A stretch of 64,000 bases of DNA from Chiloscyllium plagiosum (lineage: Eukaryota), in assembly GCF_004010195.1 (NCBI RefSeq), contig NC_057719.1, positions 22,459,062 to 22,523,061 on the forward strand, written 5' to 3'. The position numbers were made by a program, and so were the translations under genes. The notes under the pieces were generated by a model. It did not search any database. It worked only from the letters and a program-made list of their open reading frames with translations, and had not been told where the DNA came from. Below, piece by piece: positions 1 through 12,890 of this stretch (positions within the stretch are counted from its first letter, which is position 1; every line of letters begins with the position of its first letter).

Positions 1-155
1 TCTCCCCACCCCCACCCTCCTCTATCTTATCTCTCCACGCTTCAGGCTCTCTGCCTTTATTCCTGATGAAGGGCTTTTGCCCGAAACGTCGATTTCGCTG
101 CTCCTTGGATGCTGCCTGAACTGCTGTGCTCTTCCAGCACCACTAATCCAGAATC
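1..155 (+). mobile_element. Penelope-like element (PLE) 3' end / pseudo-LTR, cut by window start
   Basis: C-rich tract, then cctgatgaagggcttttgcccgaaacgtcgat...ggatgctgcctga.ctgctgtgct.ttccagcac; same terminal motif flanks the PLE RT at 19-21 kb. Confidence 0.85.
63..90 (+). ncRNA. Minimal type-I hammerhead ribozyme core in PLE pLTR
   Basis: CUGAUGA-A-GGGC(UUUU)GCCC-GAAA-CGUC; perfect 4-bp stem II; stem I weak. Confidence 0.65.
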
Positions 156-989
156 CAGTGCATCTACCAGCCAACTGAGTAGACCAGCATCCAGTGTGAA
201 TTTGATCCCTACCCTTCATTACCAATCTTTCTCCTGTTGTTAAAGCCTTCCTGAGATTGCTCTGGAAATTGCTGTGGACTGGGCACGCACACCCTGTAAG
301 AACAGTATGTTCATGCCAGCTATGCACACTGCTGTGTCTCCTGTGAGCCTGTAGCTCGTTAGTAGCACACCATGCTGGGCTGCTGACTGTAATCATGAGC
401 TGGCAGTACAAAGTTGTCTGCCTCAATGGAGCTGGGTGCTGGGTAATGACTTATCACATAATACCTGCACTCAGAAGGAGGGCTGATTAAAACCTTTCCC
501 CAGATAGCCGTCAACAAATAAAGTCAAGAGCCAGTTTGTTGTCATTCAACAGTACAATGTACAATTTGAATCAAATGAAATATACATACCTGGGCAAAGA
601 GGTTTGCATTTTCTGAATATACCTAATCCTATAATAAGAATAACACTCTTCATTTTTGACTTGTCTAGATGTTCATTAAGAAATTATTCAGTTTTAAATT
701 GGATCAAAAATTTTGTCATCCATAATCAATAGTACTTTAAACAAAAGAACTAAGGCCAATTGTCTCTCAAAATATCAATAAGCTACATGCTCTCTCAAAT
801 GTGTACTTTGTTTTCATTCTTGCCTTGTTTTTTTTTGTCTCATGTTAGATTTTAATTTGTGAAAAAGCAACACACTACATTCAGGTATAGAAAAATTAAC
901 AATTTTGTTCCCTTACAACAGCTAAAAAACAAAATGTACTTTCATTTTTTTTCATTGTTTCTGAGGCTTTGATTGAAAATGAATGAAAA

Positions 990-1165
990 TTAATTATTGG
1001 AAAAATTCAGCAGTTCTGGCCAGCAGCTGCAGTTCAATATGACTCTCCTTCAGAACTGCAAACCCAAGATGTAAATTCTGCTTTTTTTTTCTGCAGTTGC
1101 TGAGTTTCTTCAGCATTTTTCATTTTTATTTCAGTTTTCCAGCATCACATTTTGTATTTGCAAAA
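990..1165. mobile_element. Old, degenerate fold-back PLE pLTR remnant (second family)
   Basis: ggaaaaattcagcag.tctggc...gctgagtttcttcagcattttt...tttcagttttccagcatc; resembles 56320-56487. Confidence 0.4.
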
Positions 1166-1439
1166 TTTTGTTTGTAGTATTTCTTAATGCAGTGCCATTT
1201 CCCATATCATCTGTGTCATTTGACATGGACATCATTTTGCATAATATAAGTATTGTATTACAATATATAAGTGTTTCAATATCTCATTCAATCTATATAT
1301 TGATGTCCCATACTTTAAGAGGGTACTGTAAAGTATTTGGGATCCATCAATATAAGGAAAAGCAGCTCAAATACACTATAATTTTACTATAATTCATCTT
1401 AACAGCAAATGGCTCCAAAGAATACTGATAGTGTTATTT

Positions 1440-2904
1440 TTCCACCCTGGTTAAAAAGTTTGCACTTTAATTAAACAATCGACTTTGGAGGGCAGACTTT
1501 ATTGGTATTGCCTTCAAAGACTGGAATGCTCTTTCTGCCAGACTATTGGACAATGGATGGTATAGAGCTGTCCTCATATGATGAATGTCATTCAACTTGA
1601 GGAAGTATTCAAATTTCCTGCTGGTAATTGACCACCCGTTGTCTGTGACCACCACTTCTGGAGTCCGTGTATTACAAAAGGTGCTCGCAGCTTTTCTGTC
1701 CTCATCCCCTTGTATGAAGAGTGAACTCTATGCATGTCCAACCACTTTCACTAAGTGTCCACAATGACTAAGAACATCGAGTCCATGAAAGGACCTGCAT
1801 ATTCAACGTGTGATTGAGTCCAAAGTTTGCCCTGCCATTTCTGTGAATGGGGTGGTGGGAGCTGCCAGTCATAACTTTTGTCCTTGTTAGCACTCTGGGT
1901 ACTGAACCACCAACATGGCTATGTCTGTATCCAGTCCTGGCCACCAGTCACAACTTCTTGCCAACATCTTTTTTGGACACCATTGGATGACCCTGGTGGT
2001 GGGTTCAGCCAGTATCTGGGAACGACCTTTGCTTGGGATAATCACTCTTGCTCCCCATAAAAATATGCCGCCCTCTACAGTGATCTGGTCTCACCAGGTC
2101 CAGAAAGGTTTCAATTATGGTTGCAGTAGCCCTTTTGCTCCTCCCATCACCACCTGCTGTTTCAGTTTTGCAAGCATCGGATCTTTGTCCATCCACAGTC
2201 TGACATTGTCAGCCTTGACCGGAAGTGTATCCAGAAAGTTTCAAACCCAAACAGGCTCTTCCTAATGGCAGAACCATTGATGGTGTCTCTCCAGTGGGAG
2301 GCAGCTCAAGCCATCTTCATTGGTTACTTGGCCTCCCAGATGGTGTTCCAACATTGTAATTGTACACAGTTAGCATGAGAACCCACTGCTGAATTCAACC
2401 TGCAGCTATGGATGGCATGGCCTTATCTTCTTTGAGTAGACCTAGTAAGGGATGGTAGTCTGTTACTATTAACAATTTATGTAAGTAAAGGTAATAGTGG
2501 AACTTTCTCACACCAAGATGACCATCAAACATTCCTTCTATATCTCGGGGTACTTGTGCTCCACTTGCCGCATTTTCAAATGACAAAGCCAATTGTAGTG
2601 CCTGTATGAAGTCCAGTTAGGCTTCAGCTAGTAGGTGCTTTTACATGGTTGCATCATTAATCCTACTCTTATCACCATTAAAATAACTCCACAGGGGCTG
2701 GTACCCTGTCACCAAGTCACCTTTTATTTACAAGTACATAGAACTTGACACGGATTCAGCTGCCTCAGAGGCTGCTCTGAGAGTGAACAGAACCTCTGAC
2801 ATTCTGTTTATACCTGCCAGCCAGGGTACCCCGATTAAGCTAGGTTAACAGCCCCAATCAGGGAACTCATATTCTATGAGGTACACCTGGCTGGCATCGT
2901 TACA
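1440..2904 (-). mobile_element. Gypsy/Ty3 LTR retrotransposon relic, internally deleted (LTR, PBS, gag piece, RNase H, integrase)
   Basis: Integrase VVTDNG...HHMRTALYHPLSNSLAERAFQSLK (1467-1655); RNase H GVRKFHYYLY...VTDYHPLLGLLKEDK (2395-2520); gag-like LALSFENA; many stops and frameshifts. Confidence 0.85.
2680..2904 (-). repeat. 5' LTR of the Gypsy element
   Basis: On the minus strand begins TGTAAC (2904), has TATAAA and AATAAA, and is followed by PBS-like TGGTGATAAGAG. Confidence 0.7.
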
Positions 2905-3016
2905 ATCACTACAACAGTCTTATTGAGAAGAAGACTGGAAGGAAGTTGAGTAGCTTTAAGATTGAATAATTTATTTCAGATGCATTATTAATATCTAATT
3001 TACTATTATAAATCAT

Positions 3017-4470
3017 AAAGTCACACAGCACAGAAACAGACCCTTCAGTCCAACCAGTCCTTGTCGAACATAACAAACCTAGTTCCCTCTTCCTGCTCCT
3101 GGACAATATCCCTCCAAACCTTTCCTATTCATATATCTATCCATACATCTCTCAAACATTGTAATTGTACCAGCATTCACCACTTCCTCAGGAAGTTCAT
3201 TTCACACACAAACTACTCTCTGTGTAAAAAATATGTCTCTCATGTTTTTTTATTAAATATTTTTCCTGTCACCTCAAAAATGTGGCCCTAGTCTTGAAAT
3301 CCCCCACTCTAGGGAAAAGACAACTACTATTAACTCTATCTATACCTCTCATTATTTTATAAACTTCTATCAGGTCACCTCTCAACCTCCGTCATTCCAG
3401 TGAAAAAAGTTCCAGGCTATCCAACCTTTCTTTACTACTCAAACCTTCCATATCTGGCAACATCCTGGTAAATCTCTTCTGAACACTCTCCAGCTTGTTA
3501 ATATCCTTCCTATAACTGGGCGAACAGAACTGGACACAATGGTCCAGAAGAGGCCTCACCAATATCCTGAACAATCTCAGCATGACTTTCCAATGCCTAT
3601 ACTCAAAGCACTGAACAATGAAGGCAAGCATGCCACATGATGTTTTAACCACCCTGTCTAGATATGACATAAACTTCAAAGATTTATGTACCTACGCCCT
3701 GGGTCCCTCTGTTCTACAACATTACCCAAGGCCCTACTATTAATTATGTAAGCCCTACCCTTGTTTATTGTACTAAAATGCAATACCTCTCATTTATCCA
3801 GATAGAACTCCGTCTGCAATTTTTCAACCCATTGTAATCTCTTTGTAATCTTAGAAAACCTTCTTCACCGTCCCCGTATGCCACCAATTTTGGTGTCGTC
3901 CGCTAACTTACTAACCATGTCTTCTATATTCTCATATAAATCATTTATATAAATGACAAACAAAAGAGGACTCAGGACTGATCCCTGTGGAAGACCGCTG
4001 GTCACAGGCCTCCAGTCCGAACAGCAACCCTCCACTATGACTTTCTGTTTCCTGCCATTAAGCCAATTATGTATCCATTTGGCAAGCTCATCCTGGATCC
4101 CATTAGACCGAACATTACTGCTACGCAGAACCTCGTCAGAGGCTTTAGTAAAATCCAAAGAAACAACTCAACTGCACTGCCATCATCAACCTTTTTGGTA
4201 GCTTCCTTAAAAAATCAAATTTGTGAGACGCAATTTTCCTTGCACAAAACCATGCTGACTGTCCCTAATCAATTTTTGCCTCTTAAAATGTCCATAAATC
4301 CTATCTTTTATGATCACCGCTAGCAATTTACCTATGAACGAAGTTAGACTCATAGGTCTTTAGTTCCCCGGTTTTTCCTGATAACCTTTCGTAAACAAGG
4401 GTAATACTTCTGCAAGGGATCTCACAATTTCCTACCTTACTTCCCACAATGTTCTGGGATAAAATGATTA
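3017..4470 (-). mobile_element. CR1-clade LINE, 5'-truncated, decayed ORF2 and 3' UTR
   Basis: WRPVTSGLPQGSVLSPLLFVIYINDL...KLADDTKIGG; LVRPLLDHCVQFCSPSYRKDINKLESVQKRFTRMLP; tail gaaacagacccttcagtccaac. Confidence 0.95.
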
Positions 4471-5799
4471 TATCCTATTATTAATTATTCAAAGTAACAG
4501 TGGCAATAAAATCTACTTGAATTACATCTTAGGTTATTGGCTTCTACATACAGTTCAAGTAACTTTGTTGGGTGAAGGGATTGGGGTGTGTGGGGAAATG
4601 TCTCAATGTGAATGAGTATTTAATACAGTTCTTTGAGTTTCATTTGTAACATTCAATTGACTCTATTCAATTTTCAGCTGCTACTACTATTGCAATACAA
4701 TTCTTTAAAAAAATCTACAGAGTTTTATCTTTAAGATCAAACCCAAAATCATAACAAATAGTTCACTCAGTTACATTAGATGATGCACAATAGTAAATCT
4801 TCGAAGGAAAGCAGAGTTCAGCACTGTAGCTCATTTCATATACATTGAAAATATTTAAAGTTGATAAATGAGTGGTGCGTAATGTCAATCAGTGGTGTCC
4901 CTTGGCTAAAGAATCGATTGTTTATCAAATTTAACCAAAGTTGTGAAACATATCATCATCCATGAGGTAAATATCAAACAAAGCTTTAAAACAATGTTGC
5001 TAAGGCTTATGGTGTAAATCTTGCATGTAAAACAATTGATGCGAGAGTAGTGTAACCTCACTGAGGGATTCATGCAACATTAATACAATGAGCAGAACTG
5101 AACGATTTTCATAGTACACATTTGTTCCCCCCTTGAAGTTGTGTGAAATTGGATGGTTTTGATAGAAATACATTTCATTGATTTCAAGACAGGTTCCTCT
5201 GATCTTAGCAAAACCTCAGGTAACCATACAGCCATAGCAATGAATGTGATGTTTGGATTATTGTTGCTGTCAACAGGACTTTCCTTGTAAGTGGGTCTTA
5301 ACCCTTTCTTTTCTTTTTTGACCAGGCGTGTCTCAGGCTTCTTTGTTTAAACATTTATTCATATACGCCTGGGAGATGTACATGGTCAAAGTTGGTGTAG
5401 AGCTCAAATTTCATTGCAGTAACAAAGGTTATATCCTATTTTTACAGATAACAAACTTACAACTGACTATTCTGACAGACAATAATGTACAATCAAAAGA
5501 TTATGCATTTGTTTACTGCTATCTCCATCCAATCGTCTAGTTCACATTTCAAATTCACACGAATGACTGTTTCATCCAGTCATGTACAAACTGATACATA
5601 TGACTATGTTATTCAATCATATCTAAACTAATATACACAATTATATTATCCAATCACATAATTACATGTTCACATCTTGAACTGTCATTACAATACTTTA
5701 TCATTACAGAAAGTCTATATTGTTTAATTCTTTTCCTCTTTCACTCTCACTCAAGTTTAGTTCATTCCCATGTAACAGAGCTCAAGGGTAGAGGGAAGA

Positions 5800-6100
5800 A
5801 AGGCTTACATTTATCTGGCAACATCAGGGCATCCCAAAACATTTCACATTTGATGGTGTTCTTTTCGAGAATTACTGGTGTAAAATGAAGCACTCCACCC
5901 AATTTTCCAACAGCCATGGCTTACAATGTCATAATGATTGAATAATCTGTTTTCTTTTGGTGTTAGTTGAAAGATAAATGTTGGCCAATGTACCAAGGAG
6001 AATGTAATTGCTGTTTTTCAGAATTGTGCCATGGGATTTTTCATATCTGTCTGATAGGGCAGATTGTAGCTTGATGCAATGTTTCTTTCAAAAGACTAGA
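5800..6100 (-). mobile_element. Ancient Deu-domain SINE (SacSINE1/AmnSINE1-like) fragment
   Basis: gataaatgttggcc...gtgccatgggatttttcatatc..ctgatagggcaga matches the reverse Deu-domain consensus; homologous to 57040-57690. Confidence 0.7.
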
Positions 6101-6229
6101 GGCAGGACAAGTTTACACATTGCACGCTCCAAGCCAACATGAGTTAAGAAATAGAACTCTTCAGGAGAAGTGTCCTTTATGTTGGTCATAGATGTATCAT
6201 ATGAGTTATGAGAGACCGGCATATATTGG

Positions 6230-6660
6230 ATGCCAATGTCTGTGGACTTCTAGTGTGCATGACCAGTTCCAATGGAGCATGCCCTGAGATGTTGTTGTCC
6301 AGTGTCCAACATTGAGGTCTTTTAGAGCAAGTGGTGAGATGAAGTTGTCGGGTACCCTCTTTTACTACCCTGTCGAGAATTTTTGATTTCTACTTTCTTC
6401 AGCATGTTTAGTAACATAGAAAGCTGAATATTAATAAGGTGATTTATTTCATTAATAAGACTTTGAACAAACAATACTCCCCCTTCATTGGCAGTTTCCC
6501 ACACCAAGAAGCTCGCCTTGCTGTGTGGTAGATGCATAAAATATGGAGCAAATTGCTTCTGACATTGAGAAAGGCCTTGCTGGATGTCCTGCATGATTCT
6601 GCCACAAAATTTGCCAGAGCTCATACAGTTTAGAGACCTATAGGGTTCTGCTCAACCCAT
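6230..6660 (-). mobile_element. Highly decayed RTE-like LINE C-terminal fragment
   Basis: QKQFAPYFMHLPHSKASFLVWET...GSKRGYPTTS resembles RTE 'RLRFAGH...ASxLVLWEP...GRGRPxTT'. Confidence 0.35.
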
Positions 6661-9156
6661 CTGAATGCAATATAAAATTGTTATTTAGTCAGTGGACTAT
6701 TTTTTTAAAAAATGAAGCAGAAACTTCTGTAATCGAGGGTCATACATTTATGTTTTACTTTTAAACTCACCTTCACTGCGAGTCTGATCTGAAGTGTAAA
6801 GGATGTGACCAAATGTGGCCAGAGGCATAAGATCGAGTAATAAGCATGCGGACTTTGTGATGTTACATTTGCATTGAAGCACAACAGGTAATCGAGGAAC
6901 AGATGATTATCACTCCTTGAGTTACAAAATGTCAGCTGCCAGTATCGTGTTGGAAACTACTATCTCGTCATCCGAATGGATAGGATATTAAAATAAGCAT
7001 AACTGCAGTTTTCTGATTTGTGGGACAGGAAGGGTGACAGATTTTGACATTGCACCACAGTGTAAAACAGATGCTTGCAAATTGGCCACCTGTTCTACAT
7101 CTCTCCCAATTTTTATTTGCCTTCCATTTAAAATCTTCCCTGCTGTGTGCAATGCTTGATCCTACATAAAGTGATAGCTACTTGAGACAGAGTGACAGCT
7201 GAGTGAGAGGGTGCGATACTTAGAATGACAACTTAGTGAGGTTCTTGTGCATATTATAAAATTCTATTGAACAAATCAATTGAATGAAATATTAATGGAC
7301 AATATGACCACAATTTTCAAATATACATTAACTGCACACTAATATACATTAACTGCACACAATTTTCCATCTTAAAGGGTAAGTGCCATGTGACAATGTG
7401 TGACAGACAATATATCTAGCATAACACCTGGGTAAAAGTGAATGGCACTTAGGTAAAGGATGAGACTGTAAGACATATCTATGTATATAATATATGAATC
7501 TTTAATGTCAGCTTTTATTGCCAATTTAAAAGTATTTTCATAAGTTTTGTGTAAATTAAGTGAGAGCAAAGATTAGTCAAAAACTAGATTTAGTAAAAAT
7601 AACGTTTCTAATTCTAAACATTACTAAAACTCATGGAAGTGAGCAAGTAGTTAAATAAAAGTACAGTTTTCACAAGCAATGTTTTTCACAAGCAATATCT
7701 AACTTGATATGCAAGACTGATAAAGAGCTATACCCTGTCAGTAGAGCACAAAGATGATCCAAGTTCCCTATATTTAAAAAAAATATTTTTTAAATTGGGC
7801 AGCTTTCATTTCTTTTTCTTTCAAACATTGTCAAACCATAGACTTTTGCTGAAGTTGTGAACACAATGAACCCATGTTTTATGAAGGGAGGACACCTTTT
7901 ACCTACTCGTCTGCCTCTGAAAGTCTAATAATTTATTGATTGAAAAAGATGATTTATTCTAGACATTTTGGGTAAGTACTAAGGAAGTGTATAACTACTG
8001 AGTGAGAGTGTGAAAAGGCTGAAGGATGTTCTGTTTGCAAATCATTGCAAATGACATGAAAGTTAGAACAAAATGCATTACATTCAGTAACATCTGGCAG
8101 GGCATGCAGGGCATATAGAATAATAATGTTTGGGTGGAACTGTGATATAAATCAAATAATACAATTCAACAGATTTGAATTCAAAACTGTTAAGAGTGAT
8201 ACACAACGTCTGGTCAGCTGCTTTCTATCATACAAAATTTTCGTTCTGGCTTGGGTTTGAGATTTGTTTGCCAATGCAAAAGCCCTGAGGCAATCTTCCT
8301 GCACACTGTGTCTTAGAACTTGTCTTTTCGACTGAGGCACGCATGCTTTTTGGATTGTAATAAAAATGAGTGACAGTGAGATGCATATCCTGATGAAAGC
8401 AAATAAAGCAAGATAATATCATCCATGAAGTAATAAGGTGTGACAGGATGTTTTTTTCCCTCGTTGGTTACTGCACCACATATAGATATTATTGGATAAT
8501 GGAGCCTTGAATTACTATTTGTCTATTGTAGCTCTAGAAGCCAAGCAAGACAGGATAACCAGTTAGCAGTCTAGCCTGGTATTGATACTATTCCAGATTC
8601 CAATGATAAGCTTTTTAATGTAAAAGGGAAGAGGACATTAGCACCATTCTTTGCGCTTCTTGAATGGTCAATAACAGGACTGATGTTTGGGGAACTTGTT
8701 TGAAAGGTGTAGGAATATGATAGCAGCAGTTCGCTGTCTCATGACTGGACGTAGTGGAGAAAAGGGAAGAGAGAGAACTTGCGGCAAACATTATAGACAT
8801 TTGTTGATCTAATGTTTGATTGTCAGTGCCCTGAAGTCAAGTGATTACCGAGAGGTGGAATTTTCCTCTTTGCAGCTAAACTGTTCTGTCCAGTGAGATT
8901 CATGACTCATAGCCTGCCATTGGCTCAGAGTGATTTTTCTGATGTAATCCTCTCCTCCTCAACTCACTGATAGAGCAGCCAGGTTCCTGGGAACCTTTCT
9001 TGGGGAATTATGCAGCAGCAAAGGCTCACTATGTTGGGAGCATTCAGCTTTCATGCCTTTAGCACCATGTTTAAAACCACAGCTACTCACCACTTCAGAC
9101 ATTGCAAGCCAGAACTGGCCCTCAAAGTCAATACCTGACTGTTATTATTGAACATA

Positions 9157-9395
9157 TGACACAGAGAAAAGGAAAGCTTGCATACCTGAGTCACGGATAA
9201 TGACCTGGGGTATTGATGGGTAGAATGGTGAAGGGGAGAGCATTCATTTTCCTATAGACCACCGCAGAAAACCACACCATCAGAGAACATTAGCCTGGAC
9301 GCAGATCGCAGGCCAGACCAGTGCTGTGTCCCGGATGAAAAAGAATGTTCAATGGTATATTAAAAAAATCAATGATCATCCACGCTCCACAAGTT
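9157..9395 (+). pseudogene. Decayed Myb/SANT-like DNA-binding ORF of a Harbinger/PIF transposon
   Basis: Reconstructed across frameshifts: TDNDLG.LMGRMVKGRAFIF.PIDHRRKPHHQRTLAWTQIAGQTSAVSRMKKNVQWYIKKIND, like 'AW..VA..VSAVS...R...QC.KK.ND'. Confidence 0.65.
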
Positions 9396-9879
9396 GAAAC
9401 ATCTTCTCTCTGTTACCTCATACTCACTCACTCTAACTCAGCTACTGCATACGTATCTCACCAAGACTACTCTCAATATTGTATGCACCACTCAATAGCT
9501 GTCATTCACCATACCCTCTCAATCTGTTAATCCTTCCTGCCTTCTGTGCTTTCTACTCGCAGAGGACATCTCACCACTTCTCTGCCTCTTGCATCACCAC
9601 TAACTGATCTTTCACTTCCTTCCATCATATAGAATCCCTCCCTTTTCCTCACTTGGGAAAAATTGGTCTACACATGATCTGATGACTCAACAGTACCACA
9701 AAAAGCTTACCTGTATCCCTGGACTGTCTGTGTTTGATTTGCAGCACCAATTGTGTCTTAATTTCTGAACCAAAAGGATGTGAATCTCCAGATTCTGGTA
9801 GGACCAAGCACTTGACCGAACGTGATAAAAGCCTTGGTTTGGAAATGGATAAACACCTTGACTGACTATAGTCCCTATT

Positions 9880-10520
9880 TATTCCAATAAATATTGCTCC
9901 TTTTTGACTTTCACAAATGGCCAATTGTTTGAAGTTCACGTAGTGTGTTTGCCACATAAACTGCTGGCACATGCTGCAAACATTATGTTGACATAGTGTT
10001 ATACAGCACAGCAAAAGGTGTATTGATCATGTTGATTGACTGTACACTGCTGTCCACCATCACAAGATGCCTGCCTCTCCCTGTGAACCGAAAAGAAATG
10101 TAAGCCACAGAGACTGGCAAACAATAACTGAGAACTAAAGATCCTGTGCATTTAGAAAGCAATGGAAGCCATTCGGAGGTTGGTAGGAGTAAGTGCCAAA
10201 GTCCGTGAGTGCACATTTAAAAAAAAAACAATGTGAAATATGCAGCCCACATATAAGTGCAAATGTGAGTAATTATTCAGAAAGCAAGGTCCATAAGCCA
10301 GACCTGATGTAGATGTATGAGACATCGACTGGGTAAAGCATGTAGTTCATGCTTCATGAACTCTGAGGTCCAGTGTTGAAGGGCTGAAATGGTGGCTGAG
10401 CTGGTCTGAGAGAAAATATGATGATGTGTTGAGGCTGGTGGTTGTGGATGCCAACATGCGTGGGTGGAGGATTGTCACCATGAAGCATGCAGGGACCTTG
10501 TTGTGAAGAAGCAGTTGTAT
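9880..10520 (-). repeat. Dispersed repeat segment, inverted homologue of 38830-39410 (Harbinger-associated)
   Basis: Collinear shared words: gcctca.cacatcatcat, agagttca...catgctt, tgccag.ctctg.ggct, tgccagcag.ttatg, gccat.t.tgaaagtcaaa. Confidence 0.6.
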
Positions 10521-12199
10521 GATGATGGGGCAAGATTTCCTCAATGCAAACTCCAGGTACCTGTCCTGACTTCTATATTCTAAATTTGTGCCCAATCCTT
10601 TCTCAATGAAGGAGAAGTGTTGACCTTGGGTTTTAATTATATGTAAATGCATGGAAATAAGTGGCAAAATTCTTAAACTGATATTTATACCTTGGGGGGA
10701 AAATCAAGAAATGTTGTCTCCATGTTGATCATCAAATATGTTTCATTTCATACCCTTCTCGCTGTTACTTATGTCAGACTGAGGAGGGGAGAGGAGAAAA
10801 TTACACCCATGAGGACGATTGGCAATAGGCAATGCCATTGTGGACATCATGTTGCCCTTTGCATCAATGTAGATTCCTGCACCATTCTTGATGGCTGCTA
10901 GAGGAGCAGTACTGCAGGGATTTTGAGCTGCCAGGCAGCCTGTTCCAACATATTGCGGGGTTTTTAGCATGGAAGAAACAATGGTCATAGGAAATGCTGA
11001 CCCTCTATCCATCAAAACATTGAAGTGCAAGTTGCAAGAATTACATAGCATCTACCCAGATCACCTGATAATTTTGGTCAATGCTCTAAATGAGAAGCTC
11101 AATCAACAAAGCCTTCTATTCCCTTCCCTCTTGTGCATTTGTCCAACTTAATCTTAAGTGCACAAAAAAGGGAGAGACCTGTTCAATCCTGAATGCTCCT
11201 CCAAGATTGTGTGAAATTTATACAAAGGAAATCACCTGTTATTCTTTAGATTGATGGCAAACTTATTATTTAATCACACTGAGTTAAAAACAAACATGTG
11301 AAATGCAAAATGCTACAACTCTCACCAGTTTTGTTTTTAAAGTGTGATTTCCAGGTTCAATAAAGAACATCCCTCAATATTTCAATTCACAAAGCTCATG
11401 TGAATATCATTGTCTAAATGTGCAACGTGACCAGATGAGAGTCCTTTGTTCATAATTTTAAAGGAGTTATGAGTCTTTTTACTCAAGATCTGAAAAGCTG
11501 CAAGAAAGCAATTTTGTACAAGATAGCTCATATATTAATGTTCAGATAATGTCACTTAAATTGAAATGAAAATTATACAGTTCTTATAATGTGATATAAT
11601 GCAGTTTATACCTAGGTAACATTTTGGAAATCTACAATTTTATGCATGTCTCTGTATCAAACTTATGTTGGTTTTAGTGTTATCTCATGTTTATAACTTG
11701 TCTTGAGCCATCTGACCTGGAACATTAAATCTGCTCTCATCTCTCTACAGATGCCACTTGAAATCCCCCCTTCCCCTACCCATCCCCCAATCTCCTAAAT
11801 CCCCCACGTTGCCAAAGCATAGAATTGTACAAGAGTCTTCAGGAACTGGAAAGGCAACGGTCATTTGACTTAAATAAAATTTCAGTGATACAAGGATACA
11901 ATGGGTATGGGCATGATGAATCAGTTGCTTGCCTTTGTGCTATAAATTACTCTGTGAAAATTGACTGGCAAAATACTGACACTGACAACCATGGTAAAAA
12001 AAACAGAGATGTTAACAGAATTTTCAATTTTCCTGAACACTTCTGATTTTTAGCTTTGGAAATAAAGGTAAAAAATGAAGTTCAATAAAAATTGAGAATG
12101 GTCCAGTCAGACAGTGAAGAAGGAATAGAAACGAGTTGGAGGAATTTTAACCAAAGATCAGAATTAAAAAATCAACTATTGTTGGACTGCAAACCAATT

Positions 12200-12390
12200 C
12201 AAGTCAGTGACGCAGGGCGGCAGGAGTTAGCAATATAAAGATACAAGCAGCCGATTTTTGGATGAGCTCAATATTCTGGACGGTGGAAGATGTGAGCCTG
12301 ATCATGAAAGCTTTCAAATAGTGACATCTGGAGCTAACAAAGACGTGGGCTATGGTCCAAATAGCCTGGGATTGAAAGGTGGTGCTGGTT
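12200..12390 (-). mobile_element. L2 LINE ORF2 3' fragment
   Basis: gcagccgatttttggatgagctcaa...ggtggaagatg...aatagt...tctggagctaacaaag; reverse of L2 'AFVTSRLDY..LQLIQNSAA'; ORF track shows IELIQKSAACI. Confidence 0.7.
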
Positions 12391-12739
12391 CGCACACACA
12401 CAAACTTGTGTTTATATTGACACATATCCAAACACACACCTTGAAAATCCAACAAACACAATGTTAGTCTGATCCTGCATATAAACAGTCTTCTGTTTAG
12501 CCCATAAACCCATGAACAACCCATTACCATTAAATATCCCATGTGAAAGTGGCACTCTAAATTCTCTATAACATAAACAAAACCTTTAGAAGGAAACTTA
12601 TCAAGTTAAAACAACATTCACAATGGTGATGATGTAGTCCAGCTACCCCAAACATTCAGACCCCTGGTTCCCACTGCCCCCTCTCCATCCCATCCCCAGT
12701 TTTGGAAATGCGTCGATACATAGACGTACAACTTTTCTG

Positions 12740-12890
12740 TTTCTTCTTAGGCAGTAACTCGGGATTGAGGATGGCTTGCCTTCTCTCCCGTTCAGTGGTT
12801 TCTGAGGTAGTTGGTAAGTCCAGTGTGCAATCTGCACACACTGTCGCATGTGGGGCAGGTGGTGCTTGAAGTGCTGGTAGGTGGGTTGTT
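12740..12890 (-). mobile_element. RTE-clade LINE 3' end
   Basis: Minus frame TTCPTCDSVCRLHTGLTNYLRNH* (C-terminal Cys/His motif), then tail ...ctgcctaagaagaaa shared with 56500-56880. Confidence 0.75.

Noticed and set aside
7320..7696. Short tandem duplications (20-mer at 7320/7341; 14-mer near 7667/7684)
   Set aside because: Ordinary slippage-type duplications
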